DNA from: a virus
Lineage: Duplodnaviria > Caudoviricetes
Length of the DNA stretch: 38,572 nucleotides
Strand: one strand, 5' to 3'
Virus record (IMG/VR): IMGVR_UViG_3300048861_000259
Location: 1-38,572 of that record
Below are positions 27,134 through 36,252 of this stretch, one piece after another; positions within the stretch are counted from its first letter, which is position 1; every line of letters begins with the position of its first letter. The notes under the pieces were generated by a model. That model was not told where the DNA came from. It made no database searches and saw nothing but the letters and a program-made list of their open reading frames with translations. The translations under genes and the position numbers were made by a program.

Positions 27134-28648
27134 TCATTCCACCACTCGAAGGTGGCTTTCACGCCTCCATCGGTAGACCACACCGCCGTTCCCCCGTTTC
27201 TTCTCAAAGATCACGGCGTCGGGCGCGTTCTTGCGCAGCCGCGCCATCTCAAACTCCCAATCGGTCTTCGAGGTCTTGAAATGACCGGGGTAGGCCCGCT
27301 CCTCAAACTCGCGGAAGGCATCATACAAATCGATCGCGGCGATGTTGCCGGATTTCGAGATGCCAGCGTGATACGCCGTCGCCGTACCGTCGAAATCGAT
27401 CATCCATTGCTCCACACGCGACCGCTCACGGGTCTCTTCCTGTTGCCCCGCCAGCGTCGCACGATGGTTCGCCATGGGATCGGCCTCGTTGATCGAGACG
27501 CTTCCCCACATCTGCGGCCAATCAATCGCGTTGATGAAGGCGCGGTCGGCATCGCTGCGCATACGGAGACCGACGAAACGACGGTTACCGGTGGGATCGC
27601 GGACAAGCTGCGCAAGCTCGCGGTTCGAGCAGCCGATGAAGGTAGCGTTCTGGTTGATTGTCACGCGACCGTTGGATCGCATCGGGCGACGGGTGAGCGT
27701 GCTCGACGTGATGATGTTCTTAACCGTGTCGATGTCGGCCTTCGAGGCATAGCCCATCTCGTCGAGGAACATGACGAAGCTATCCCAAATCTCGACGTTG
27801 CGCTCGTCGGTGATCATGCGGAAATCGACGTTGAGCTTCAACTCCTCCACCGGGCCGATCATCTGGTTCACCAGCGTGGATTTGCCGATGCCCTGTGGCC
27901 CCAAGAGCACCGGCATGAGGTGATCGCTGATCGGGAGTCCGCGAATCTTGCGCTTCACCTGCCACATGAACTTGCGCAGCACCGCCGCGACAAACTCCGG
28001 CGAGGTCTCCGAACAATCGAACACCTGCTCGGCGAAACGCTTCCATGATCGCGCCGCATCGGAGGTCGGCTCAACGCCATCGATGCCTACGAAGATGTCA
28101 TGCAGGCGAGCACGCGCGGCGTCCTTCATCCACTCCTCCACGGCGTCGAGAATGTCCTGCGCGCTGATGTTCATGCGCAGGTTGGCAGACAGCGTGCGAA
28201 GCTCGCGCTCAAGATCGAGGCGGTTCATGCGCGCCTTGGCGTCGCAGTGGAACACCGCATAGAGGTCCACGTCGGGCGCGGCGCGGTCTCCGGGAAGGAT
28301 CGGCGTCTCGTTGCCGTTATCGTCGCGGAAGACCGCCTTCACGTCGCGGATCATGAGACCATCCATGCGAGCGTGCAGGTTGAATTTCTTCGCGAACGCC
28401 GCGACCAACTCGGTTGCGTTGGCGGGCGCGGTGTCGAGCACGTCGCGCTGGCGCTTCCTGTTCATCTCGCGGTTGAAGTCAGACTTCGAGCCGATCTGCA
28501 ATACGACGCACAGGTCGCGGATCACGCGATTGTCCTCGTCGAAGCGAAGGAGGTTCACCACCTCCATCATCGTCGGCTTTTCGCCAGCGATGGCCTTGGT
28601 CTGGATCGTTTTGGCGATCTCGCCGAGGTGCTGTTGATACTCGCTCAC
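27134..28648 (-). CDS. VirE/VapE-family P-loop ATPase (replicative helicase-like)
   Basis: GPQGIGKST, FLDE, K.IIT....RRP and D.TGNRRF motifs; GTG start overlaps the upstream stop. Confidence 0.8.
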   Translation of the reverse strand: MSEYQQHLGEIAKTIQTKAIAGEKPTMMEVVNLLRFDEDNRVIRDLCVVLQIGSKSDFNREMNRKRQRDVLDTAPANATELVAAFAKKFNLHARMDGLMIRDVKAVFRDDNGNETPILPGDRAAPDVDLYAVFHCDAKARMNRLDLERELRTLSANLRMNISAQDILDAVEEWMKDAARARLHDIFVGIDGVEPTSDAARSWKRFAEQVFDCSETSPEFVAAVLRKFMWQVKRKIRGLPISDHLMPVLLGPQGIGKSTLVNQMIGPVEELKLNVDFRMITDERNVEIWDSFVMFLDEMGYASKADIDTVKNIITSSTLTRRPMRSNGRVTINQNATFIGCSNRELAQLVRDPTGNRRFVGLRMRSDADRAFINAIDWPQMWGSVSINEADPMANHRATLAGQQEETRERSRVEQWMIDFDGTATAYHAGISKSGNIAAIDLYDAFREFEERAYPGHFKTSKTDWEFEMARLRKNAPDAVIFEKKRGNGGVVYRWRRESHLRVVE

Positions 28649-28791
28649 TTGAGGCACACCGCAACCACCATGCTCGCGGCGAATGCGATGCCGGTGGAAG
28701 TCCAATAGAGCGTGCGGCGCGCGGTTGCGCGAGCGTGGCCGATGAACTGATTGCCGCCCAAAGCGACGATGAGTGCGATGATCCCGATCAT
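28645..28791 (-). CDS. small 2-TM membrane protein
   Basis: 48 aa; coupled by 4-nt overlaps to both neighbours. Confidence 0.5.
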   Translation of the reverse strand: MIGIIALIVALGGNQFIGHARATARRTLYWTSTGIAFAASMVVAVCLK

Positions 28792-28955
28792 TTCGAGGCC
28801 ACCCATGCCGCGATGTCGTCGGTACGCCACATGATGTGACGGCGGCTGATCTGGACCGGGGCGATGAACTCGCCAGCGTCTCGCATCCGGTTCAGGGTGC
28901 GCATAGAAATACGAAGCTGCGCAAGCAACTCCGCTGTAGTGATTAGTCCTAACAT
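28788..28955 (-). CDS. AlpA-family/excisionase-like HTH regulator (not in the ORF track)
   Basis: Translates to MLGLITTAELLAQLRISMRTLNRMRDAGEFIAPVQISRRHIMWRTDDIAAWVASK; AGGAGG SD. Confidence 0.8.
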   Translation of the reverse strand: MLGLITTAELLAQLRISMRTLNRMRDAGEFIAPVQISRRHIMWRTDDIAAWVASK

Positions 28956-29108
28956 TCGTGTTGTCCTCCTAAAACTATAATACCTCCAGTCTTGTTCGGA
29001 CTGGTATATTCTTATTTAGGCAGGAGGATGCGCTTGGCGGCACACGAGATATTTAGTGCGCATGAGAAGGCACTTGAGATAAATAAAATAAATGCAAAGG
29101 AGAATGTG

Positions 29109-29393
29109 GTGAGTGTTATTTTGACAGACGCGAAGTGGATCGGGCATATTCGTGGGATCGCCGCGTGCCAAGGGATCAACAAAAATATGCCGCTAAACTA
29201 TGACGAACACATCCCCAACTCGATGATGCGCCTTACCGATGATCTCCGCTTCACGCTGGCGGAACCCGTTACCGAGTGGATCGAGCAGGAATGCGCAGGC
29301 GGATCGATCCTGCGCTTCGAGGACGATCAGTTTCTGTTGTCATTTACAGACAAAACTGATGCGACGATGTTCAACATTCGGTTCGCGTGCTGA
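29109..29393 (+). CDS. hypothetical phage protein ending F.DKTDA.MF..RF (start uncertain)
   Basis: AAGGAG SD before GTG; C-terminal motif shared with 33880-34107. Confidence 0.5.
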   Translation: MSVILTDAKWIGHIRGIAACQGINKNMPLNYDEHIPNSMMRLTDDLRFTLAEPVTEWIEQECAGGSILRFEDDQFLLSFTDKTDATMFNIRFAC

Positions 29394-29537
29394 TCAGTCT
29401 TTGGGATCGGGCGTCTCGACGGGCTGAATCTGCGCGAGCAGCGGCATCACCTGCCCGACTTCGGCATAGGGACGGTTGGCGAGGTAGTTGAAGATGCCTT
29501 CGAAGACATCGGCGGGGATCGGGTAGCTTTTGGTCAT
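29394..29537 (-). CDS. small hypothetical phage protein
   Basis: 47 aa (YLANRPY.EV); TAAATA-N5-ATG start. Confidence 0.6.
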   Translation of the reverse strand: MTKSYPIPADVFEGIFNYLANRPYAEVGQVMPLLAQIQPVETPDPKD

Positions 29538-29554
29538 GCGAGTATTTAGCTCGA

Positions 29555-30406
29555 TCACTGCTTGATGTTGTGCGTGAAGACCCAACGATTATCGTTGGTC
29601 TCCGATGCAGCATAGGTGCCATCGTTGACGCTGATCTTGGCGACGAAGCGATCACCAGCCGGTTCCAACGAAACGATCGGCTCCCAACGAAACACGCCAC
29701 GATCCAACACCGGCACATCCACACCGAGGCTTTCCGCGATCGGCACCACGACGCCGCCCTTGGTGGTGATCGGGGTCTCGATCGATGCCACCAGCGCGAT
29801 GCCGCTCTTGGTCACCAGACGCAGGCACGGTCGAGTGGCAAAGCCAACGGCGGTGATCTGCTCGACGTGATAGCCGTCATCGTCGGTACGGTTGAGCAAA
29901 AGCATATCGTCATCAACCGCAGCGGCGTGGGCCTGCTTGCGGTTCGGGAGGTAGCTATCAATGGCGACGCAAGCGGAAGTACCCGAAGTTCGCATCGTGA
30001 AGGTCCAACTCTGCCCGTTCGCCGAGATCGTGGCGGTGCCGGTTCGCGAAACATTCGTCGCCGCAGCGGTCGGCGCATAGATGGTGAGCGTCGTTGATGA
30101 CGAACCGGACGCGGGGCTCCCGCTCATGCCGGTGGTGGTCCCCGAGAAGCTGTAGGTCCATGCAACCGACCGGCTGGCGGTGATCGTTGCCTGTCCAGCA
30201 TCGGCGTAGGTGTAGCTGCCCGCCGCAGGGCTGAACGTGATCGCGTAGGATTTGCCGTGAAGCGAGTTCATGTCGATGCCGCCAGACGACTGCCCGGTGA
30301 GACCACGCACGCCAGCATCGTTGAGCCCAAGCGCGGTGGTAGCGCTGCGACCAAGCTCCGTGTTGGTCTGGTTGAGCGAGATCGCGCCCGAGCTTGGCAG
30401 CGTCAC
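29555..30406 (-). CDS. fibre-tip adhesin-like protein with C-terminal Hint domain
   Basis: N-terminal LPSSGAIS.....ELG...GKS motif; S/T-rich middle; C...THN-IKQ end. Confidence 0.7.
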   Translation of the reverse strand: MTLPSSGAISLNQTNTELGRSATTALGLNDAGVRGLTGQSSGGIDMNSLHGKSYAITFSPAAGSYTYADAGQATITASRSVAWTYSFSGTTTGMSGSPASGSSSTTLTIYAPTAAATNVSRTGTATISANGQSWTFTMRTSGTSACVAIDSYLPNRKQAHAAAVDDDMLLLNRTDDDGYHVEQITAVGFATRPCLRLVTKSGIALVASIETPITTKGGVVVPIAESLGVDVPVLDRGVFRWEPIVSLEPAGDRFVAKISVNDGTYAASETNDNRWVFTHNIKQ

Positions 30407-30409
30407 CGG

Positions 30410-30736
30410 TTAGCTCGCGGCTGGTGCAACGTAGCCGGGGCGATCGGCTTCCGGCGTCGTCGCAATGATCTGCTGAAACGGGTTGGTCGTGTCCCATTCG
30501 GGTGGCACGACATGCGCGTTGCCGCTATCGATCGCACCTTGGATCACCCTGTTCAAATAGGTGAGCGCGGCATCGTAATCGAACGGCAACCCCATCGCTG
30601 CGAACATGGTGGTCGCTCCGGGATAGACGAGGTTGAGATCGAAGACTTCGTCGCGGAAGTTATCGCCGTCCTGCCAACGCAGCGTGACGACGTGCGTGGC
30701 AGGATCGTTCAAAAGGATTGAATAGGTGATGGTCAC
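30410..30736 (-). CDS. hypothetical tail-fibre-associated protein
   Basis: 108 aa; GTGA overlap with the fibre gene. Confidence 0.55.
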   Translation of the reverse strand: MTITYSILLNDPATHVVTLRWQDGDNFRDEVFDLNLVYPGATTMFAAMGLPFDYDAALTYLNRVIQGAIDSGNAHVVPPEWDTTNPFQQIIATTPEADRPGYVAPAAS

Positions 30737-32583
30737 GAAAGTTTATCCTCCAATTCTGTTATGCGTGCGTGCGCGTCTTTGAGCGCCTCGACGATCGGCC
30801 CGACGACATCGCCGTAGCTCACGGATAGTGTTCCCACGAGATCGTCGGCCTCGATTACGACTTCGGGCAACACCTTGCGCGTCGTCTGCGCACCAAGACC
30901 GACGCGGGTTTCGCCATCACGCTCGTAGCGGATGCCGGTGAGGCCATTGATGATCGACCACGGGTCCGCGATGGTGCGGATGTTCTGCTTGAGCCGCTCG
31001 TCTGAATAGGCGGTGACGTTCGCGGGGAACACGACGTTGCCGCTATTGTCGAAGTTGGCGAGCCAATTGCCGATGATCGACGACCACAAGCCCCGGCCTT
31101 GGCCGTTAGACATCATGATTATGTCGTTAGAATAGACGTTGACGCCGCACCAACCATTCAAGCCGCCGCCGTAGGTTGCGACCTGTCCGTAGGACAGCCC
31201 CATGTTGTCGGGCGTTTGAAGGCCACGGCCTTGCGACTGCCAGTAGAGACCGCCGCCCGATGTCGTGCGCAGCCAACCATCGACTTGAAGCTCGCCGCCC
31301 CAATGCAGGTAGTTGTCGTTCCCGCTCATACCGAGCTTGGTGGTCGATTGGCCGAAGGTGATGAAGCCTTGGTTGCCATCCTGAACGCCAGTGATCGAAA
31401 GCGCATTGCCGACGTTGCAGTCGCCAATCCAACAATCGTCGCCCGCCCGGAAGCTCGCACGCTGCCCGTTGCCTTGGCCGGAGATGATTTGCCCCGCTAC
31501 GGTGAGAGCGCCGCCCATAACGACGCCAGCGCCGGTATCATCGAGCGAAACCTTGCCGCTCGCGAGATCGACGTGGAACGGGCGCGTACCATCCCAACCC
31601 GCTGCCGCCGCCGCTGCCTGCGTGGTCTGCGCGGCCGACTTCATCAAATAGAGCGTCGAGCCATCGTTCCGCCACCCGGTGTTATACCAAGTCGATCCGC
31701 CGCCACCTACCGCCTGAAATTGTCCGATGGGACCGGTGCAAGCCTGAACGGTGATGTCGCCAGCGAAATAGCTATGCGTGTTGCCATTGCCGTTGCGCGT
31801 GAAAATCAAAGCCGACGCCGCGACGCTGTAAGCATCATTGACGGTCTCGATGTTCAATTGGCCGTTAGCCGATCCATACATCCGCCAGTATTTGTTATCG
31901 GTGCCAGCGCCGCTCGTGAACCACTGATACGAGTTGCCGTTCAGCATATTCGTCGTGGTGCCAAAGTTGACTTGGGAACTGGTGCTGAAATTGACGCCCG
32001 CATTGAATTGCGCTGTTCCGGCTACAGTGAGAGTGCTCTGTGAAGTCAACGCCCCCTGCGAAGTTAACGCGCCACCGACGAGCGCCCCGCCGCCAGACAT
32101 ATTGAATGAGGAACCGTCGAAGTAGACGTAGGCGGCTTTATTACTGCCGAAATAGATGGCACCGGCGGTGGCTGTGCGGGCCGCTACGATGTCTACGGTG
32201 TTCAATTGCCCCGCGACTGTTGCTGCGCCAGTGACGGAAAGCGATGCGATGGTCTGTGCGGCCGCCCAAGTGTTCGCCGCATCAAGGAACGGGATCGCAT
32301 GTCCGCTGGTGCCGGTGTTCGCCGTCCCTGCGGTGCCGAGAGTCTGCCATGTCTTATCGCCGCGCCAATACTGCGCGGTTGTCCCTGCCGCGATCGTCGG
32401 CTCTTTGGCCGTGAGCGCGGTGGTGATGAACGCCGTAGTGGCGAGCTTCAGGCCGTTGTCGCCCGCCGCTGGCGTCGGCGCGGTCGGTGAACCAACGAAG
32501 ATCGGGCTCGAAAGCGGGGCCTTCGAGTTTAGCTTGTCGCGGATCGCCCCGACAACCGAGTTGATGTTGTCGATCAGTGCCAT
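30733..32583 (-). CDS. tail fibre with C-terminal intramolecular chaperone (peptidase S74-type)
   Basis: APL.SP.F.G.PTAPT...ATTAF repeat; YSDERLK.NI; G..AQ....V.PEVV; terminal coiled coil. Confidence 0.85.
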   Translation of the reverse strand: MALIDNINSVVGAIRDKLNSKAPLSSPIFVGSPTAPTPAAGDNGLKLATTAFITTALTAKEPTIAAGTTAQYWRGDKTWQTLGTAGTANTGTSGHAIPFLDAANTWAAAQTIASLSVTGAATVAGQLNTVDIVAARTATAGAIYFGSNKAAYVYFDGSSFNMSGGGALVGGALTSQGALTSQSTLTVAGTAQFNAGVNFSTSSQVNFGTTTNMLNGNSYQWFTSGAGTDNKYWRMYGSANGQLNIETVNDAYSVAASALIFTRNGNGNTHSYFAGDITVQACTGPIGQFQAVGGGGSTWYNTGWRNDGSTLYLMKSAAQTTQAAAAAAGWDGTRPFHVDLASGKVSLDDTGAGVVMGGALTVAGQIISGQGNGQRASFRAGDDCWIGDCNVGNALSITGVQDGNQGFITFGQSTTKLGMSGNDNYLHWGGELQVDGWLRTTSGGGLYWQSQGRGLQTPDNMGLSYGQVATYGGGLNGWCGVNVYSNDIIMMSNGQGRGLWSSIIGNWLANFDNSGNVVFPANVTAYSDERLKQNIRTIADPWSIINGLTGIRYERDGETRVGLGAQTTRKVLPEVVIEADDLVGTLSVSYGDVVGPIVEALKDAHARITELEDKLS

Positions 32584-32597
32584 ATGGCCTCAATCGA

Positions 32598-33131
32598 TCA
32601 GACGAGACCGCTGTTGAACGTGGTCACGAAATTGGTCGTGGGATCACCAATTTCGAGATTGCCGTAGGCATCCATATTCGACTTCGCCTGCACCTTCTGT
32701 GCAGCGGTGAGCGTCTGCGCAGCATCGAACCGAACGCGGTTGCCGAGCGCGGTGGTGAGCGTCGCCGAGAAGCTCGCATCATCTCCAATCGCATCGGCGA
32801 GTTCCTTGAGCGTGTCCAATGCAGCCGGTGCGCCATTCGTAACCGCCGAAATCGCGCTATTCACGAGACCGGTGATCTTGTTCGCCGAGTAGGTGGAGGT
32901 GGTCGAGGTTCCCGCGTCGGCGTCGTTGATCGACGTGCCCGCCGCTGCGGCAGTCTGTGCAGCCTTCGCAGCCGCCAGCACCTCATTGAGCGCCGACACG
33001 ATGCTCGACTTGCTGGTGGTGTTCAGGCTCGAAAGATCAGCGACGTTGCCATTGATCAGCGTTTTCAGGATTTTGTCGTTGGTCGCCGCAGCGGTGGCGA
33101 GGTTGGTGATGTTGGTAACGAGAGTGGTCAT
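32598..33131 (-). CDS. fibre/decoration-type virion protein
   Basis: L.T..K.SIV.A.NEV, GAP.ALDTLKELA.A.GDD and Q.LT.AQK.QA..N motifs. Confidence 0.7.
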   Translation of the reverse strand: MTTLVTNITNLATAAATNDKILKTLINGNVADLSSLNTTSKSSIVSALNEVLAAAKAAQTAAAAGTSINDADAGTSTTSTYSANKITGLVNSAISAVTNGAPAALDTLKELADAIGDDASFSATLTTALGNRVRFDAAQTLTAAQKVQAKSNMDAYGNLEIGDPTTNFVTTFNSGLV

Positions 33132-33144
33132 TTGCTATTCCTTT

Positions 33145-33399
33145 TCAAATGAGCTTGTTGGCGAAAATCAGGGTGAAATCGGGAAGGTCTGCATCGGCGT
33201 AGTAGTCGGGGGCTGCGGCTGGACCTTCGGGGCCTTGCACCCCTTGCGGTCCCTGCGTCCCCTGCGAACCCTTCGGTCCCGGAACACCCGTGACGTTGAA
33301 CGCCGAGACGATGTTGGACTGCTCGACGACGAACGCGGGCGATAGCGGTCCCGTCTGGTCGGCGTCGGCTGGCACCAGCGAGATGAGGCGATCAGACAT
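33145..33399 (-). CDS. short collagen-like (Gly-X-Y) virion protein
   Basis: GVPGPKGSQGTQGPQGVQGPEGP. Confidence 0.65.
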   Translation of the reverse strand: MSDRLISLVPADADQTGPLSPAFVVEQSNIVSAFNVTGVPGPKGSQGTQGPQGVQGPEGPAAAPDYYADADLPDFTLIFANKLI

Positions 33400-33730
33400 T
33401 GGGTGGCACCTCCGTCCAACCGATGCGCTTGATCGTTCCTTCCAACTGGACGGCAGGAAGCTCGCCAGTCTCATCGATCACCGCCCACTTGGTGGTGGAA
33501 GCTTTGAGCGCATCGACTTCCACGAGAGTGAGTTCGATTGCCTGCCCAAGCGCATCGTCGGGATCAGCAATCAATCGCTTGCGGAGAATCCCATCGACTT
33601 CGAAGAATAGCGAAGAACCGGAGATATCAATCTGCGTGTGGACGCCTTGCGCGTCCACGGTCTTTCGCGCGTAGGGGAGATATAGCCCTTCGCGCCCGTG
33701 AATAGTAATAGCTGTCCCGTTGATCTGCAT
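33392..33730 (-). CDS. hypothetical structural adaptor protein
   Basis: First gene of the fibre cassette; IDISG motif; TAAATA-N5-ATG start. Confidence 0.55.
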   Translation of the reverse strand: MQINGTAITIHGREGLYLPYARKTVDAQGVHTQIDISGSSLFFEVDGILRKRLIADPDDALGQAIELTLVEVDALKASTTKWAVIDETGELPAVQLEGTIKRIGWTEVPPNV

Positions 33731-33781
33731 GACGATATTTATCGTAGATGCACCGGGAGCTTGATATTGTATAAATACAGT

Positions 33782-33877
33782 CGAGCGATGGTCTTTCTAA
33801 CTCCTTTGTGTCATAGCTCCTCTTTGTGCTGTCTCAAATTTGGCCCCGCCCTATTTGCTCCGGGCGGGGCCATTTTG
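33782..33877 (+). ncRNA. candidate small RNA with two CUCCU anti-SD motifs
   Basis: TATAAATA at 33770-33777, a pyrimidine-rich body and a terminal GC hairpin. Confidence 0.4.
33841..33877 (+). terminator. intrinsic terminator-like hairpin
   Basis: TGGCCCCGCCC-loop-GGGCGGGGCCA then TTTT. Confidence 0.65.
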
Positions 33878-33879
33878 AT

Positions 33880-34107
33880 ATGATCGTCACTCTCATGCAG
33901 CCGCGCGATGTATGCGTGCTGGTGACCGGCGCGGATCGGGGCGTATGGATCGCCCGCGATGCCCGCGACTTCCTCAACGATAACGCGATGTCATGGACCG
34001 TGCGCGGGATCGAAGGCGGCGCAGCCTTCGAGTTCACCAACGCGACCGAGGCGATGCTCTTCGAGCTACGGTTCGCTCAACACCGGTTAGTCATCGATGC
34101 TCGGTAA
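33880..34107 (+). CDS. hypothetical phage protein ending FEF...EAMLF.LRF
   Basis: C-terminal motif shared with 29109-29393. Confidence 0.5.
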   Translation: MIVTLMQPRDVCVLVTGADRGVWIARDARDFLNDNAMSWTVRGIEGGAAFEFTNATEAMLFELRFAQHRLVIDAR

Positions 34108-34539
34108 AAATAGCTGGCGTTCGCGCGCAACATCGTCGAGCCGGAGCTTGATGCCGAGCGCCTTGGCTTGCTCTTCCTGCTTGTCGAACCATTCAGCAAT
34201 GCGGGCGCGGCTCTTGTCAGCATCGACAGGATTCAAACTCTCCACTTCATCGAGTAGCTGCCCGCGCTGCCATTGCGCCCATTCCACCCATTGGCTTTCC
34301 GCCTTGTAAATGATCCGCGAGACTTGCTGCGGATGCCATGTGCTCGCCCCTGCGCGGGTTTTCACCCCAAGCTCGGTGAGGCATCCGGCGATGCCATTGA
34401 GGGTCTCACCCTTTGGTCGCGACCGCGCAAGGCGGATCGCCTTGCGCATGTTGTCGCAAACCTTCTTGGCAAACTTCACAGCATCCTGCGCCTTGTCAGC
34501 GTTGATGCGTGCTCGCCCCTTGTCTCGATCCTCTTTCAT
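34087..34539 (-). CDS. stand-alone recombinase-type DNA-binding domain protein
   Basis: TL..IA..L...GV.T..G...W....V.RI matches the DNA-binding domain of large serine recombinases; no catalytic domain. Confidence 0.6.
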   Translation of the reverse strand: MKEDRDKGRARINADKAQDAVKFAKKVCDNMRKAIRLARSRPKGETLNGIAGCLTELGVKTRAGASTWHPQQVSRIIYKAESQWVEWAQWQRGQLLDEVESLNPVDADKSRARIAEWFDKQEEQAKALGIKLRLDDVARERQLFLPSIDD

Positions 34540-34700
34540 AGGACGGGAAATGTAGCCGAGCGCCGGTTAAGCAGCGGTTGCCACCGTCCGTTATTCCAAG
34601 CCTCACCGCCCGTTCTTCCCAAGCCTTCCGTCCGTCACGTTCAGATGCGATTCGGCAATCCGCGTTGTATTTCTTCCTCACCAAACGAGGAGACGACGAA

Positions 34701-35536
34701 ATGTTCAAGACCTTCCACGCCAACGACAACCATCACTCCGAGGCCCCGCCGCCGCAAGATAAGTACGGGATGACTATTCCCGTTCTCCACCTCGGCAATT
34801 GCCTCGCCATCCTTCCGACCGTCCCTGACAATTCCGTCAACCTCGTCTTGGGCGATCTGCCCTACGGCACGACGGCCTGCGCGTGGGATAGCCTCATTGA
34901 CTTGGCCGCTCTTTGGAAAGAACTCGATCGAGTTCTCGTCAAGAACGGCACCGTCGTGATGTTCGCCTCGCAACCCTTCACCACCGCACTGGCGGCAAGC
35001 AATTTGTCGATGCTCAAATATGCGTTGGTATGGGAGAAGAACCGTCCCACCGGCTTCCTCACGCCAAGAACAAGCCCTTGAAGGGCCACGAGGACATTCT
35101 GCTGTTCTCGAAGGGCTCCACCGGCCACGTCACGCAGTCGCCGAACCGCATGACCTACAATCCGCAGGGCGTTGTCGGAGTGGGCATCAAGCTGGTGCGC
35201 GAGCGTCGCGCTCTGATCCGCTTCATGGGCAAGGATCGCTGCCACAAGGAAGGGCTCGCCTACGAGGCTGCGACGAACTACCCGCGCTCCATCCTGCGTT
35301 TCGCCAAGGACGAGGATCACCTGCACCCCACGCAGAAGCCGCTTGCGCTGCTCGAATGGCTGATCCGCACCTACTCCAACGATGGCGATGTGATCCTCGA
35401 TCCGACCATGGGCTCCGGCTCTGCGATGGTCGCCGCGCAGAGCGTCGGCCGCCCGTCGATCGGCATCGAGCGCGACCCTGACTTCTACGAGATCGCCCGC
35501 ACCCGTGTGTTCGGCGATCAGGCCAAAGCCGCCTAA
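34701..35536 (+). pseudogene. beta-class N4/N6 DNA methyltransferase with a 1-nt frameshift near 35060
   Basis: DLPYG in one frame; HPTQKP and LDPTMGSGS in another; adding one C restores PTGFLHAKNKPLK. Confidence 0.85.
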
Positions 35537-35556
35537 CCCTTCCTGAAAGGACTCCG

Positions 35557-35640
35557 AAATGAACAACCGTGTTTCGCGGATCGATCCCGCACGCCTGTCG
35601 CCCAAGGGGGCCAACGACAACGAAGATAAGTATGGGATGA
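35557..35640 (+). repeat. 84-bp direct repeat, copy 1 (leader MNNRVSRIDPARLSPKGANDNEDKYGM)
   Basis: Matches 36253-36336 with 2 mismatches, both synonymous. Confidence 0.95.
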
Positions 35641-36230
35641 ACGATTTTCCTACTGTCGCGACGAACAACTGGCACGACATTCCCACCGCCGACGTAGTGC
35701 TCGCCGATCCGCCGTGGAGCTACCACGGGCAACAGGATAAGTGCGGCGCTGCGGCCAAGTTTTACCCGACGATGACCGACGCCGCACTTCTTGCCCTGCC
35801 CGTCCGCTCGATCATGTCCAAGAACTCGGTGCTGTTCATGTGGGCGACCGGCCCGCGTCTCGACTTCGCCATGGACTGCATCAAGGCTTGGGGTTTGACC
35901 TATCGCGGCATGTCGTTCGTGTGGGTGAAGACGAAGGCAGACGGCATCACGCCGATCGGTGCGCAGGGCGTCCGCCCGTCGATCGTCAAGCCGACCGCTG
36001 AATTGGTGCTGGCAGCGTCCCCGATCGCCAAGGGGCGGCCCCGCAAGCTCCACAACGAGGCCATCCGCAACGTCGTGATGGCCCCACGCGGCGAGCACTC
36101 CCGTAAGCCCGACATGATCCATGAGTCGATCGAGGCGATGTATCCCGACGCCCGCAAGGTTGAGCTTTTTGCTCGGCGTCCGCGTGATGGCTGGACGGCT
36201 TGGGGCAACGAAATGGCGGAAGCCGCCTAA
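35559..36230 (+). CDS. MT-A70-family adenine methyltransferase
   Basis: ADPPW, LFMWAT, WVK, EHSRKP, ELFAR and WGNE motifs; second start at 35637. Confidence 0.9.
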   Translation: MNNRVSRIDPARLSPKGANDNEDKYGMNDFPTVATNNWHDIPTADVVLADPPWSYHGQQDKCGAAAKFYPTMTDAALLALPVRSIMSKNSVLFMWATGPRLDFAMDCIKAWGLTYRGMSFVWVKTKADGITPIGAQGVRPSIVKPTAELVLAASPIAKGRPRKLHNEAIRNVVMAPRGEHSRKPDMIHESIEAMYPDARKVELFARRPRDGWTAWGNEMAEAA

Positions 36231-36252
36231 CTCTCAAATCAAAGGATAGCCA

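Noticed and set aside
34567-34582. Possible CtrA box (TTAA-N7-TTGC)
   Set aside because: The second half-site is degenerate and it is a single occurrence
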